Shown piece after piece: positions 46,393 through 59,766 of a stretch of 64,000 nucleotides of DNA. The translations under genes and the position numbers were made by a program. The stretch comes from Podarcis muralis (taxonomy: Eukaryota). The DNA lies in NCBI RefSeq assembly GCF_964188315.1, contig NC_135671.1:38378001-38442000 (forward strand), read 5' to 3'. The notes under the pieces were generated by a model that worked only from the letters and a program-made list of their open reading frames with translations, was not told the origin of the DNA and ran no database searches. The first letter of the stretch is position 1, and the number at the start of each line of letters is the position of its first letter.

Positions 46393-48532
46393 AAACAACT
46401 GCTGAAATTGCAGCAAAGATTACGAGGCCATACTCGAAGGTTTACATGGTCGGGTGCACACCCTTTGAAAAGCAAGGCCAGTACATGTCATACCAAAAGG
46501 TACCATGAAACTGCCACACCACAGCGCTGGCATGACCACCAGCATGGCTTTGATTGGTTAAAAGAAAAGAAAAGAGACTGTTGAAATATTCTAAACAAAC
46601 CAACTTGCTGAGAATACCTGAGACCTAATCCGAGAGCTGGAGTTCAGGGAGTGGACAGCTTACCTCTTTGGTTCTTTCACTGTCGTGCAAAAAATGAAAA
46701 ATAAAGAGGGGTTTTGTGCCCCCCCCTCCAAGAAAGCATTGGCATAGCATAGTTTCTGAAGAGGGAAGGATAGGTGAGGCACAGGAAGGAGACTGAGGAG
46801 GAAAAAAGGAGCAAGGGAACCACTTTTTTCATTAACATACGGAGGAACTGGTCCATGACACCCCTGTGGGTGCCTTCAAGAGGCATATTCTCACCTTTTG
46901 CTTCTGAGCAAAGTGAAAGGCTCCCCTTTCCTGACACATCCCAGACCCCAGAGTTTCAGTCCTTTCCATAAACATGCTTTTCACTCTTGTAATGCCTTGA
47001 GCCTTCAGAGCAAGGATTGTTGTTTTCTCACACAATCTCTTTCAAAGTATTTGTTTATTCAGAGGCTTCCTATAATAAATTCACTTTGAGTGGGGGGTGA
47101 ACAAGAGCTGCTATGACATCTTCTCTGGACCCCATATGCTGTCTACCATGCATATTTAAACCAGTTTCAAACCTGCTGCGCTGCTTTGGCTCCCAGTCTA
47201 GGAACCAAGACAGGGCTGATCTAACATACAAATAAATGTAGTTTGCTGAGGATGCTGAGAATTCTGTTCGAGATCCTTGCCCTGCTCCTCCACACAGAAC
47301 TGCAGTTCCCAGGGTTCCCAAGGAAGAAGGAGGAACTGTTAAAGCAGTTTGTCTCTAGTGCAAATATGCCTGGAATCATAGATAGCTATCTTACAAAAAA
47401 AAAAAAAAAGAAGGAAAAAAAAGACAAATCTACTCAACGCCCTGGATTTTTGATGGGCAAGCCTGACACTAAACCTGTCCGCACTGGTTTAAATGTGAAG
47501 TGTAGGTGGAAGATGATATTTGGAATCATGTAAGTGAAGATGTTTGCAGCTGCTGTTGAGCAAAGCCTCTTTATTCCAATGTAAATTGCACTACAGCTAT
47601 TAGTGGCCTGAATCAGCCTCATTTGGTGTTTAGAGGTAAAAATGCGAGTCTGACCTGCCAGCTCATTCTAGCGTCCTCTCCAGTCAGGGGCATGAAGTCA
47701 CGGTTAGAAGGAAGAACTTCTCCTGTGTTGGTTGACTGGTTCTATGCAAAAAACTGCATTTCTTTTTCTTTTTGGTACTGACTTCCTACAGATTTAATCT
47801 ACACCAGAATTGCCTTGATCCTCACTATGATCAACAGATGACTTCATATTTATCCCAGGAATGGTGATGCAATAAGCTGTTATTGTCCAAAAGTTTGATG
47901 TTGTGGGGTCTGGTACCCAATCTTTTGCTCTCCTCTATGCAACACCCACCCACCCCACCCCAGAAGCAGAACTCTGACGTGCAACAGTGAGTGACACACA
48001 CCAAACACCACAATAAACACCAATCACCATCAAGATGTGTGGCTAGGCCGAGAAAAGAAGCTGGACCCCCAGCTGGTAGTGCTCTACGGTGCTTCAGTTC
48101 CTTTGACTGAAACGGAACCCCCTGCCCATGCAGACCCCTCCCTCCGTGCCCATGACCTCACCAGCTGGGGATCTGACTCCAGTCCATTAAAAACCAGCAG
48201 CCACTGATAGAGAAGGTGAAAGAGGTGAGCAAACGAAGGAGAAAAGGGGTGCAGGTGGCTAAAGAAGGAGGGGCAAAGCGCAGAAATTGTATGGCTTTAT
48301 ATAAGTTGTAAATCCGGTGTGACTGAGACCGGACAGAGAAAAAACTGAAATAAATAATATTGCAACAGTGATTGCAGCAACGAGGGGCCAAGGGGGTGGG
48401 TGGGTGGGGTGGATAGAAGAGAAGGGAGGGGATACTGGAGGAGGGCAGCAATAGGATGGGGGTTCTTTTGTCTTTGTTTGGTTTGGTTTTTTTAAAAAAA
48501 ATCACAAGCAGTAAGAGGAAATCAAGACTCAC

Positions 48533-48686
48533 TCCCGGCACCGGCGCTGGCATTTGCGGCGGAGAGAATTACGTGAGTGGGGGTAGAAATATTGGTTACA
48601 TCGTGCAGTTGGCTGAGGACGGAAGAGCGGCGTCGGACAGCCCCCTGAAAGGAGCCACTTCTCTTGAAGGTGCTAACTACCTCCAT
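48533..48686 (-). CDS. ATP2B3: PMCA3 alternative 154-nt site-C exon (a-type)
   Basis: MEVVSTFKRSGSFQGAVRRRSSVLSQLHDVTNISTPTHVILSAANASAGAG. Exactly 154 nt between ccgcAG and GTGAGT. Splicing to 36940 gives ...GNPRSESVP*. Confidence 0.95.
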
Positions 48687-49241
48687 CTGCGGGAGAGAAA
48701 ATGAGATAGAAAATTTGGATGGCAGCGGGCAGCGGCTGCAGTGGAACAGCGCATACCAGCCAGAATTGGCCATGCTGGGGGTTTGGCCTCCTGCCACAGT
48801 CTATGAAGCATTATGCACCAGAGGCCAGCTAGTGGGAGTTGGCACCACACTGATGTTCTTTTATGGAAAGAGCAAATTGCAGCAGCAGAAGATCGAGGCA
48901 ACTGGTCACACTTGAAGGCTCCCTTTCTAAAGAATTTACACAAAGTACAAACCCTTAGCAGCACATTATACCAGAATTGTTGGGGGGAAATCCAGCAAGA
49001 CACAAATGGCTGTAGCCAATCCATTAAGAACAGAGTGCAAGGCACAACTGACCTGAGAAACTCGTTGCTACAAGGTGTTTGTGAAGACCAGTGTTACAGC
49101 TTCGTTGGGGGAAATAATAAAATAATTAAAAGACAAGAATCATGGACAATAGGTTCATCGTTAGCCATCACCAAGGGGCAAAGACTACAGCCTCAAACAA
49201 GAGGATGGTCATAAAACATTTGCACATTTCAAATTGCTATA

Positions 49242-49483
49242 CAGTGGTACCTCGGGTTACATACGCTTCAGGTTATATACGCTTCAGGTTACAGACTCCG
49301 CTAACCCAGAAATAGTACCTCAGGTTAAGAACTTTGCTTCAGGATGAGAACAGAAATTGTGCTCCGGCGGTGCGACAGCAGCAGGAGGCCCCATTAGCCA
49401 AAGTGGTGCTTCAGGTTAAGAACAGTTTCAGGTTAAGAATGGACCTCCGGAACAAATTAAGTACTTAACCCGAGGTACCACTG
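49242..49483. mobile_element. Tc1/mariner (Tigger-like) MITE
   Basis: Perfect 18-bp TIRs cagtggtacctcgggtta / taacccgaggtaccactg, TA TSD, repeated internal cttcaggtta motifs. Confidence 0.93.
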
Positions 49484-50953
49484 TATAACTGAGCAGTAAT
49501 ACAAATCTCTCATTCAAGAAAAGTCTGTTCCTTCTCAACATATGGCCACATTCTAGCATGCCCAAGGAACTGAACCCAAGAAAGGATTTTACACATGAAG
49601 GGGTGGGGTTTTGTAGAACAGCTGGCTGGATCCTTGAGGACTGGGGTGACCAGCAATAGGAAGTAGGGTTACCTCCACTTATAATTGTGTCCCAGTGTAT
49701 ACCGTTTCACTTCCTCTTGTGCATGTGAACAGCTGGCATTAATTCCTAAGGGGAAAAGAAAAGCACTGCCCTTGAGGTCACGGTTGCTGTCATGGCAAAA
49801 TCTGCTCCCTAGTGCCTGGCCTTCCTTGGCAGGACTCCGACAGAAGCAAGTGCAGTCTCTAAACGGTGCATTTTACAGTTCTCCTGCTCTGAATCTTGGG
49901 GGATACTATGTATGTTTTGAGCAAGATTGTCCTGAACCCAAGCACAGATGATTGCATGAGAAGTCGCTGTAAGAATATACCCAGCTCCATGAAACTTTCC
50001 ACATGTGTGGAAGCCCACCAGGAGCCATAAAGAACTGAAACATAGTTGTAGGTCCCCTTATGTTATGTCAACCACTTTGAGATCTTCTTGTGGATAAGCA
50101 GCATATAAATATTTTCTAAATAAATCTGAGACAAATTATAAATATAAGGCTAATTCACACATTCATACAATGAGATTCTATTTCTTTTATACTGTTGAAG
50201 TTGCCAAAGAAAACCGATTCTCCACTTCTGATTTGTTGAAACAATATGAACTCAGTGGGCTTACTCAGAACAAAGTGCTATTTTGTTCTGTTGTTTTAAT
50301 TTCCTGCTAACGCACTTAGAATTGCAGCCTAAATATTGTATATAAAAACCATCCCTATTTATTGTTGAAGGTTGATTATGAGTAGCTTTTCATTCTGTAG
50401 CCTATCTCATTGTTGGAGGCTGGCTAGGAACTTATTTTGTTTTGTTTAATCTTAGTTTGTTTAATCTTAGTTATGCAAATAAAAATTGTTGGCAAAATTA
50501 AGTATAAAATAAAATGTCTGGCAGCCGAGTGCTGGGAGTGTGGCCGGTTTGTGCGCATTGGGCGCAGAGCCACAGGGGATGTCAGAACTCTACTTCAGAA
50601 TGGAGAGGGGGCAGGCACTGGATTTTGGCCCTGCCCAGGGCGCCGGGGAAATTTGAGACCCCGAGGTCCCCCACTGCTGGCATGGCTAGGGCAATATTAA
50701 GTCTGGAAGAGCAAAGTAGCACCCCTGCCTTCCTGTTGCATACGCCTTATGGGAAAAAACGGAAGAGTGTGCTGTTGTGCAGCTAGCTAGATGAGTGCTC
50801 CAGTGTTGGTCTGTATAGAAAGGGAACACACTGCTGCCCAAGAGATAAATAAAAGAACAAAAAGAATAGTAAATTATCATTAAATTGCTCGGTCGTGTGT
50901 GAGCGGAGACGTTTGCTACCTACATTTGCCACTTTTTTGCTTTAAAATTGAGC

Positions 50954-51197
50954 TTCGAAAGCACCCTTAAGTGCAAGTAGATAAATAGATACCGCTTTAT
51001 AGCAGGAAGGTAAATGGCGTTTCCGTGTGCTGCGCTGGTGCAGGCTCGCCAGAGCAGCTTCGTCACGCTGGCCACGTGACCCGGAAGTGTCTCCGGACAG
51101 CGCTGGCCCCTGGCCTCTTAAGTGAGATGGGCGCACAACCCTAGAGTTGGACATGACTGGCCCGTACGGGCAGGGGTACCTTTAGCTTTACCTTTAC
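50954..51197 (+). mobile_element. 5'-truncated Sauria SINE (same subfamily as 18853)
   Basis: Body from ttcgaaagcacc to ggggtacctttagctttacctttac; tRNA head absent. Confidence 0.9.
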
Positions 51198-52247
51198 ATT
51201 GAAGCATGCCGTGCCATGCCATATAAGTAATGAATCAGAGGACTAATATTAGAATATTACTGTGTAGAAAAGGCTGTCTACCTGAACAAAAAAAATCACA
51301 GAGCATCTACCTCCCAATCCTGCAAATTACCCTCCTTGAATTCTTCTTTGATATAGTTCACTATTATACCAGAGTGTGAAAGCAAACAGGCCAATATGTT
51401 TATCGAAGACTCAAGCAAGCGAGTCATAGTCACATGGTTAGGAAGACACCCCCTCCCCAGATTTAACGGGGGGGGGGGCATTTCCCCCACCCAAATATAG
51501 CAGTTGTATTTGGTACTTCTGAAACACACATAGCTAATTCATGCAGCAGGGTTATGGGACCACTTTACACAGAATTGGGGTGGATAGTGGTGTCATCCAT
51601 TTCTGCAAATGCCTAAGTGAGTATGCATAGCTCACATTATTTGTCCATTGAGAAAAAGGAGTGCAGGCATCCTATGGACAAGCCTGCTCCCATAGACATT
51701 TATGTTTGTAGACCCTGGTTCAAAGTTTTTGACGGAGGTAAAAACACACCTGACTTCATGTGTCACCTGCATGCCAGGGTTCTCTTTAAGCCAGCCCTTA
51801 GCCACTAACCACCTCATCTCATCTCCTTCCCACCCAAAAAAGCATAATGAGGTATTAAAGCTATTGATAGATTCAGCAGAATTAACCAGTGAAGCTTTTC
51901 CTAGCACTTTGGGGAATGTTCCCCAGAAACAAACTTGCACAAATAGAAAACTAGTACATCAGGGAGAACACGCCTTGATATGCCATTTTTCTAAATGCAA
52001 GGATGTGTCATTTATTTTGATTTTTATTGTCGGAGGAATCATTCCAGTATGTAAACAACACCTGCAATAGGAAATGGTATAGTGATAGTCCATAGAAAGC
52101 CTTACCATTTGAATTGCACTCAATGTATGAACAAGGTGTGTCCCATGCACCCGACTGAGCAACTACGTCTAGGGGGCTCAGTGATGCCACAGAGGAAAGG
52201 GATGGTGGGGAAGGGAAAGAGCCCTTCAGTGAACCATGCATAAATAA

Positions 52248-52352
52248 CAGAACGATAGAATATAGGAGTTGGACGGGATCCCAAGGATCACTTAGTCCAA
52301 CCCCCTGCAATGCAGGAATCTCAACAAGAGCATCCATGACAGGTGGCCATCT
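52248..52352 (-). mobile_element. CR1 3' end fragment
   Basis: Reverse complement of gatggccacctgtcatggatgct...gagattcctgcattgcagggggttggact...ccaactcc..ttcta. Confidence 0.8.
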
Positions 52353-55300
52353 GAAGTACCAGAATAAGAAACGAAAATCTGACTGCCATTAGCAGTTCTC
52401 AAATATAGGCAATTGTATGTAACGTGATGAATTTCTTCTGTTGCAGAAATCACAATTCTCTCAATTCTCAGTCTTGTGGAGTATTTGAGCCACACTGCAA
52501 GCTCACCTTCATTGCACCTTCACTTTTTCATGACTACCAGCAACATGTGAGCAGTGGCGCAAAGCCAGTGTGGCTCTGCAGGGAAAATAAATTAAGTGCG
52601 AGAGTTTTAGCTCAGACATGGACTCACTGAGGTGGCCTTTGGCAAGTCACTCTCTAGGCTGCACTTCCCCCCAGTTATGCAATGGGGAACTTGTCCTCAC
52701 TAGGTTGCAGCAAAGGTTGTGTATATTGTTATAAAACCACATGAACCCATCAGGGAATGGAGGGAAGGCCATGGACCAGTTGGGAATTCTTGATCTCCTG
52801 CTGGTGCAAATGGGATGAGCAGCTGGATGCAGGAGAGCCTCCATCGTTCTGAGGCCAGTCATCTTTTTATGCAAGGCATATTCTGAACCACAGGAAGCAC
52901 CTTGCTCCCTTCTTCCTAGGCTGGCACCACAAAAAAAGCAAACGCATCAGCCAAAAAGGAGGACAAAAGAGGACACAGATTGCATACAATTTGTATATGC
53001 TAGTTTATATGTATAGGTGCAAGTTTAGAAATAATTACTATAATTTAAGTCAAAACACAACACATCTCACCATAGCAGGGAAGAAGACCATGACTAGCTG
53101 AGCTCTGTGTGTCTGCACAGTCCATATGCTAACTATTGATGGGCAATTTCAAGACAGGGCTCTTTAAACAGGGTCTGGACCAGACAGACAGCCCTTCAGG
53201 TACAGGATTATCCCCTGCAGAGCAAGACACATGGTCATCCTACCTCTTTAACAGCTAGCCGGCCTCTTGGGAAATGTTTCCACCTTGCAAGTTGATGCAG
53301 ATTGGTATTAACACCAGGTTGCTGCCATGCTTTGCCACCACCTCACAGGATAAAGCCAGTTTAGCGGGCCGGGGATAAGGCACAGTGCTTAAAAGTGAAA
53401 GAGCTGGGGCCTGGGCCTGCCTGGTAGCCCTACACTCCATTCTGGAAGCCCTGCTTCTTCATTCCTGCAGGGGAACGTCTTGTGAAGTTTACCGTATGGA
53501 GCAAAACCAGGATCCCTGGGTTGCATTGCATTGCTGACACATGCTGCATATGAGTGTGTGTTGTTTTCTTCTTAGAAAAGGGAATAAGAGGGTGGGGACA
53601 GCTGAGCAGTCTCCCTCGCTTTGGGATGCCTTGGAATCAGCCATATTTACATGGAATGGAGCTGGTGCAGGAGAAGAGTTGGGTTTCCGGGTTCTATTCA
53701 TTTCATTTCATCCATTAAGCAACAACTTTGCTATGCAACATGCCATTGGTCATTCCTCATCATGCTCCAGGCCTGAGAACTTCTGAGATCCCATGAGCAT
53801 CAAGTCTTAAGGCAAACCACCTTTTGTTTGACTTGCTAAAGGGAAAGAAAAATTGCCAGGCACACGTCCCACTCCCTCTTTAAGGCAGTTTGAGGAAGTG
53901 GGAAGGGAGGAGGGGGTGGGGTGGGGAAGGGCTGCAATCAGAAAGCATGTTGTTAGAACATAGAAGCTAGACATGGTTGTCTTGAAATCGTTCCTCTCAC
54001 ATGGACCTAGTTTGAAGTATGTGGCACAGAAGCCCCACAATGGCTAGAGGTGGTACAACCTGCCCTCAGGTGGGTTTTGTGTCCGAGTATAATCTTGCAT
54101 TCTTTTATTGCAGAGCTAAGACTGTGGTACTTGATCTTCAGTGCTGATGTCAGATACCAGATAATCCTAGATTTGATTTGCCTTTTAGAAATAAGACACA
54201 AGTTTCTGGACCTCATGGCTGTTTACAAGCCGGATGAAGTAAAAGTGGTTGCCTGAGGGTGCTTCCAGACTGTAGGCTATTAGACATTGCTCTTCTGCTT
54301 TAAACAACATGTGAAACTGAAATGGACTTCCCATACTTCACTCAGCATTGCACTTTTGGAGCATGTACATCTTATTCTGTTCTGTCCATATTAAAGGGCG
54401 TAACATAGCATTATGGGTAAGAAGGTACGGCAGGTTATTGTGGACACTGGGCTTAGCCACACTTGAATTTTGCTCCACTCTTTAGTGTGGATAAGCCCAC
54501 TGTTCTGCTCATGCTTCCAAGTTTTTCACAGCATCCACACAACAACAACACCATCAAAAAGACGTCCCATAACCCCCCCCCCATTTAATCCCTATTTATC
54601 ATTTTCACAGGTTCCCTTTTGATGAAGACGACTTTGAGCGGGTGCTGCACAAAACTTGTATGTATGAGCAGCATACAATAAACTGCCACGTGGAAGCGGT
54701 GTAAAAATGCATTTCAGCAGCATGTTCATTTTATTTGTTAATTTTAACATTTGCAGTAGAATGCTTTTTCACTGAAGTGTTATTGTGTCGCTGCTCATAT
54801 TTTTTTGTTAATGTGACAAAGCATTTTAACACAAATCTAAAAGTAAAGCTTAAAAAAATCAACACACTGCTAAAATGGAGCCAGATGGATAGGTAATAAT
54901 GAGTGTTCTAAGGTGAAAAGGTGTGGCTCAGTTGCCCCAAATGTCACTGCACACATCAAAACCGCATTTCTTAAAAAGATAAAAAGAAGGACAGAAGAGT
55001 AGAGTTAAGGTGCTTCTGCAGCAGTTCCAACCATGTCGACATTTGTGGGCTCTCAAAAGAAGTTGAAAAAAGTACAGGGAAAATATAGGGCAGGTGCAAT
55101 TTAATGACAATGTCATGTAGCTGTCCCTTAAAAGAGTAAGTGGACAAAGAATGGCAGTTCCAGAATAAACCCCTAGTGTGGAAGCAGCCTGAGACTTGAA
55201 GGAGAGTTGCAAGGTTTCCAGTGACTATGGAAGGAGTTCTTTTCTGTGTGTCATAGTGCCTATTTTCTGTGAATACCTCTTTTCCTTATAATTGGGATAA

Positions 55301-57012
55301 TGTCACTGTCACTGGGTGGTATTCAACTAAGATTTACTCAGGATAGACCTACTGAAATTAATGGATCTGACTTAAGGCTTATCTGTATTTCCTGTTGTCC
55401 TGTTGCTTTTCCCTGGGGAAAACTGCTCTTTAGCGCTCCATCAGAGCAAACAGCAATCAGGTTTTCTGTAGATGTGGATGAGCCCTTAGTCATGTTCATT
55501 AACTTATATAGGTCTACTCTGAGAAAAAACTTGGATGAAAACATCCACCGTGTCACTGTTGTAGGTGCCAAATGAAACTTGTGTCTAATAAATCACATTT
55601 GAATGATTTATGGGTGTGATAGAAAACTAAGTACCCAGTCAATTAAGCACATTTGCAGAACTTGATCTCCATAGTTTATTCTTATTGTGGCAAACTTGTA
55701 AAATCTGGCTATAAGGAAAGCAAGGACTGTCCTACAGAGGAAACAAGGTGCATGTTCATACTTTGAGGCTCTAGATGCTACTCAGTGCAGTCGCCACCAT
55801 ATGGGGACTATAGACATCATTAATCTACAGGGAGGTATGTTCCTGCCACTAGTAAGATGAAGGGATATAAAACCCAAATGACTTGAAGGGCCAAATTCCT
55901 CATCACTCCACCACTGAAATGCCCATTCTCCTTCAATTTGACAAATATCATTTCCCCCAAACCTATATTCCATTTGTCCACCACCCACTGCAGGTGCTTC
56001 ACTTTCTAAAATATATTCCAGGCAGGGAAGAAAAGAGGCTTTGAAAGAGGGTTCATAACAAAAGTCTGCTTCCTGCACCTCCCCAGTACAAGGAGGCACA
56101 CAGACATTTGCAAGTATGTCTTAGGCACAGATACCAATTTAATGTCAATAGCTTGGGCTATTTCCAACAGTGGCTTGGTTTGAGAGTAAGTACACCAGCC
56201 TGTGGCTTTGTGGCCCTGCAAATGTTCAGATTGTGAAGACTATAGTAGGGTGAAAACACTGCAGGATCTTATGTTTGATGCCCCAGCTTTAACACCACAC
56301 TGGGGTCCTGAAAAAACAGGAGCAATGGAGCATGGAGCATAACATCTTGGGTGATTTAGACACTGCATGTTCTGCTGGCCTTACTATGGCTGCCTTCTGC
56401 CCTTCAAATGGGGCAAGAGCACAGAATATGGGCTCAGCTCCGGGAGCATGTGGCTTTGCAGGGATCCTTGCTACTATCAGAGAGGTCAGAACCGAGTCCG
56501 TCTTTAGCTACAGCCACACTGGATGGCCTTGGACAAGTCGCCATCTCTCATCCTCCATTCCCTACAAGTAATATGGGAATTCAAATGACCTGCCTGATAA
56601 CTATAGAAAGGACTACTCTATGACTGCTGTTACTACTGCTACTTCCACCAGCACCAACATTTCTGCTGCTACCATCTCAGCCACAGATTTTGTTCTCATT
56701 TTTCTGGGCATTTCCAAACCACCCAGCAACTCGTCATCCCATTTCTGCTTCTATAGGCTGCCTCTGTTCATGCATCCAAGCACTGCATTCATTAGTTCTT
56801 TCTGCTGAAACAAGGCAGCGGGGAAATGAAATGCTTAGACCAGCATTGGAGGTCTCTCTCTCTCTCCCCCAGGCATGAGCATCAGGTGTCTTGGGATGGG
56901 GTAGGAGATAACCAGATGAAAGGCTTATCGTCAAGTCACTGCTAAAGCAAAGGAAGGGTTGGGCGAGGGCGAGGGAAGCCCTGGCGGGAGGCGCCTCCCC
57001 ATTATCTCATAC

Positions 57013-57195
57013 CTGGGTCTGGATACGGTTGAGGCCACGGAACCAAAGGATCTGGCCACGACGGAGTTCCCGCTCAGCATGGTCAATTTCCTCCTCATCC
57101 TCCGCCATTTCCTCATCAGTGATGTCATCCTTCCCGGTGCCATGCCCTGCCTCCTTCAAGCATTTCAGGTGGCTGGTGGGGATGGTGGCAATGAC
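57013..57195 (-). CDS. ATP2B3: PMCA3 exon with the first half of the calmodulin-binding domain
   Basis: [61 protein letters not shown]. 183 nt, tgtAG / GTATGA. The correct frame is absent from the ORF track. Confidence 0.97.
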
Positions 57196-57290
57196 CTACA
57201 GAAGGGAGCAGGTGTCAACATTTCAACATTTTCACATCTCAACATTTTCTCAGTAGAATAGGAGCCCTTATGTGACCGCATAGCTTAAGC

Positions 57291-57541
57291 CAGGGGTCAG
57301 CAAAGTTTTTCAGCAGGTGGCCAGTCCACTGTTGCTCAGACCTTGTGGAGGGGCGGACTATATTTTGAAAAAAAATTATGAATGAATTCCTATGTCCCAC
57401 AAATAACCCAGAGATGCATTTTAAATAAAAGCACACATTCTACTCATGTAAAAACATGCTGATTCCTGGACCGTCCATGGGCTGGATTTAGAAGGCAATT
57501 GTGCCGGATCCAGTCCCCGGGCCTTGGTTTGTCTACCCATG
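57291..57541. mobile_element. hAT MITE
   Basis: Perfect 8-bp TSD gcttaagc (57283-57290, 57542-57549) and imperfect TIRs caggggtcagcaaa / tttgtctacccatg. Confidence 0.85.
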
Positions 57542-59658
57542 GCTTAAGCACACAAGAGCTGAATCTGGTTGGCTAATTACGTGTTACTTACGAATGCATG
57601 CCACTTGATCTCAATGCCATTTACTAAATTACATTAAATGAAAAAGCCACTTTAGGAGTGGGGAATTGGGAGAGAAGTATTAGCAGGGCAGAAAAGGGGC
57701 ACTCAATCATTTCCCATGTGACTTTCATCCCTATCAAGATCCCCAGAATCTGCCCAAACTCTCTATCACCTCCAGAAGCAGAAAAACAGTTTTTTTACAA
57801 GTATAAATTTGCTTGATTGCATGCGTTTGTGTGCAATGTTTGGTTATAATTCCCAAGATTCACAGCATTGGTTTTTTTGTTTGTTTTTTTGTTTAACAAA
57901 AAGTTTCTAGCTCTTCAGGTGAGGCCATGGGTTTCAGACAGTGGTGGATCACCTTGACCTCACAGCACTGGAGTCGCTGCAATTTACCCAGAGGATACGA
58001 GGGGCAAGGCCAGCATTCTGCAAACATATCTGTGGGAGCACTAGACAGACTCCCTAGCGCCTTGCCCCTCTCTCAGTGACCCCTGCCAGAGGGGTCAGGT
58101 GAGTAGGCCCCCCACTCTGCTCTACCTACTGCCGACAGTGGGTAGGGCCTGAGGGCTCCATTGCCTTCTGGGGAGCCCACTGAGGATCATATGCCAATGC
58201 CCCCAAAGTGACCACCCCACAGCTCTAGTATGTCCAGTTAATGAGTCAGCTCGTTAACTGGACATACTAGAACTAAACAAGGGTGTTGATTGGTGCTTCC
58301 CCAGTTTCAAGAGAACATGGCATGCCTGTCTTTAGTATCTGACTATATGGTGCACTCTGACAACTCACAATAAAAGAGGAGGTATAATAAACTCAATCTT
58401 CTAATCCTACACGGTTGTTGTGCCAGTGGGCAGGATTCAGTGGCTTGCAATTTCTCAGGACAGCAAGAAAGAAGTACCTACATATGCTGCCTCTGTGCAC
58501 AGTCCTTCCTAAACATTAGTCAGCCAGATCAGCATTTTGTTCCCAAGCCAGGGCCGGCCCACCCATGAGGCAGTTGCCTCAGCTGCCTGCCTCAGGCTGC
58601 CTCAGGTGGCAGCACAGGCATGCCATGGCATTTTCCGTTTTGCCCAGGGCAGCAAAGCAACATAGGCCCAAGGTAGCCAAAATTCTGTGCATAGAAAAGC
58701 TAGAGTCTGTAACATATGTACATTATGCAAAGTAAGCATATTTTCATATATTTGTGCTGAGTTCTCCAAGTCATAGGAAAGAGGCAGGATACAGTCAGCC
58801 CACTGAAACCATACTCGTGGCTTCTGAGATTTTACAGTGCATTTCAATGCCATCTTTGTAGCCACCAGGGCTAGGAACTTGATATTTGTTTTTAAAAAAT
58901 GAAAGCAAAGATTCTTAGGAAGCTGAGTTCTGCACTCTGCACCCAGCAGTTTTTCTGCACTTGTTTGGGATAGTGCAGTGTTACAGCCCGGCTGGGAAGT
59001 TTAAATGCTACGTGAGTGTGGGAAATAATCTTGAGCCAAAATAATATATCAAGTTTTGCTAGGTAATCAAAGGTTAAAAGACACATGGAGTTCCTCTGTA
59101 AATTCCCAGAGAGGACACTCTGCGAGGTCTCATCTCCTGCTTGTCCCGGTGGGAAAAGTAACAAAGGAAAAGAATCCTTACTGCTTCCTCTCTCCTCAGA
59201 GTTCAGTCTCGTTTTGCCATGGAACTGGAGAGAAAGGATGCTTGTTCTGTGTTCTCCCGAGAGCAGATTTCATTTTTTTATCTCAACCATGCATTTTATA
59301 GCATAGAAGTATATTCTGCCTGTCTTGTTTTCACTGCTGTAACCAAGTCTGGAACTTTATGTAAGCAAACAATATTTTTTTATCCTGCCATGGCTTCTGT
59401 GTGAGTCTTTTGTTTAGAGGGATGAAAAGGGGGAAGGCCCAGCCTGCTAAATTATTATCTGTCCTGGATAATTATTAACAAGGTTAAGGAACCTTGTCCC
59501 AAAAGTGTCTCCATTTTATGCTGCACTCTGCTAACCAGACATTAAACTCACACAAGTGAGGAAGAGGAAGGATTAATAATAAATAATATCCTATCCTCCA
59601 CTCCAAAACCACCCAATGATGAGCACAAATGAAGACGACAGAAGAAGGGTTTTCTTAC

Positions 59659-59766
59659 CTGTCCCCAGACAAGCTCCCCAAAGCCCACAAAGAGACACCA
59701 GAGCCATTGCTGCGCATTCAGCGGCGAACAGCTGAACGGTTTCCCCCCAAACTGCACAATGACGAT
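59659..59766 (-). CDS. ATP2B3: PMCA3 exon (TM9-TM10 region)
   Basis: [36 protein letters not shown]. 108 nt, ccacAG / GTAAGA. Confidence 0.97.

Noticed and set aside
48687-57012. The extra small muscle-type site-C exon described for mammalian PMCA3
   Set aside because: I could not recognise a matching exon by eye in this intron. This needs alignment or RNA-seq, so it is neither called nor excluded.
57007-57012. In-frame stop directly after the CaM-domain exon donor (GTA TGA)
   Set aside because: GTATGA is simply a common donor sequence; there is no evidence for a truncated isoform.
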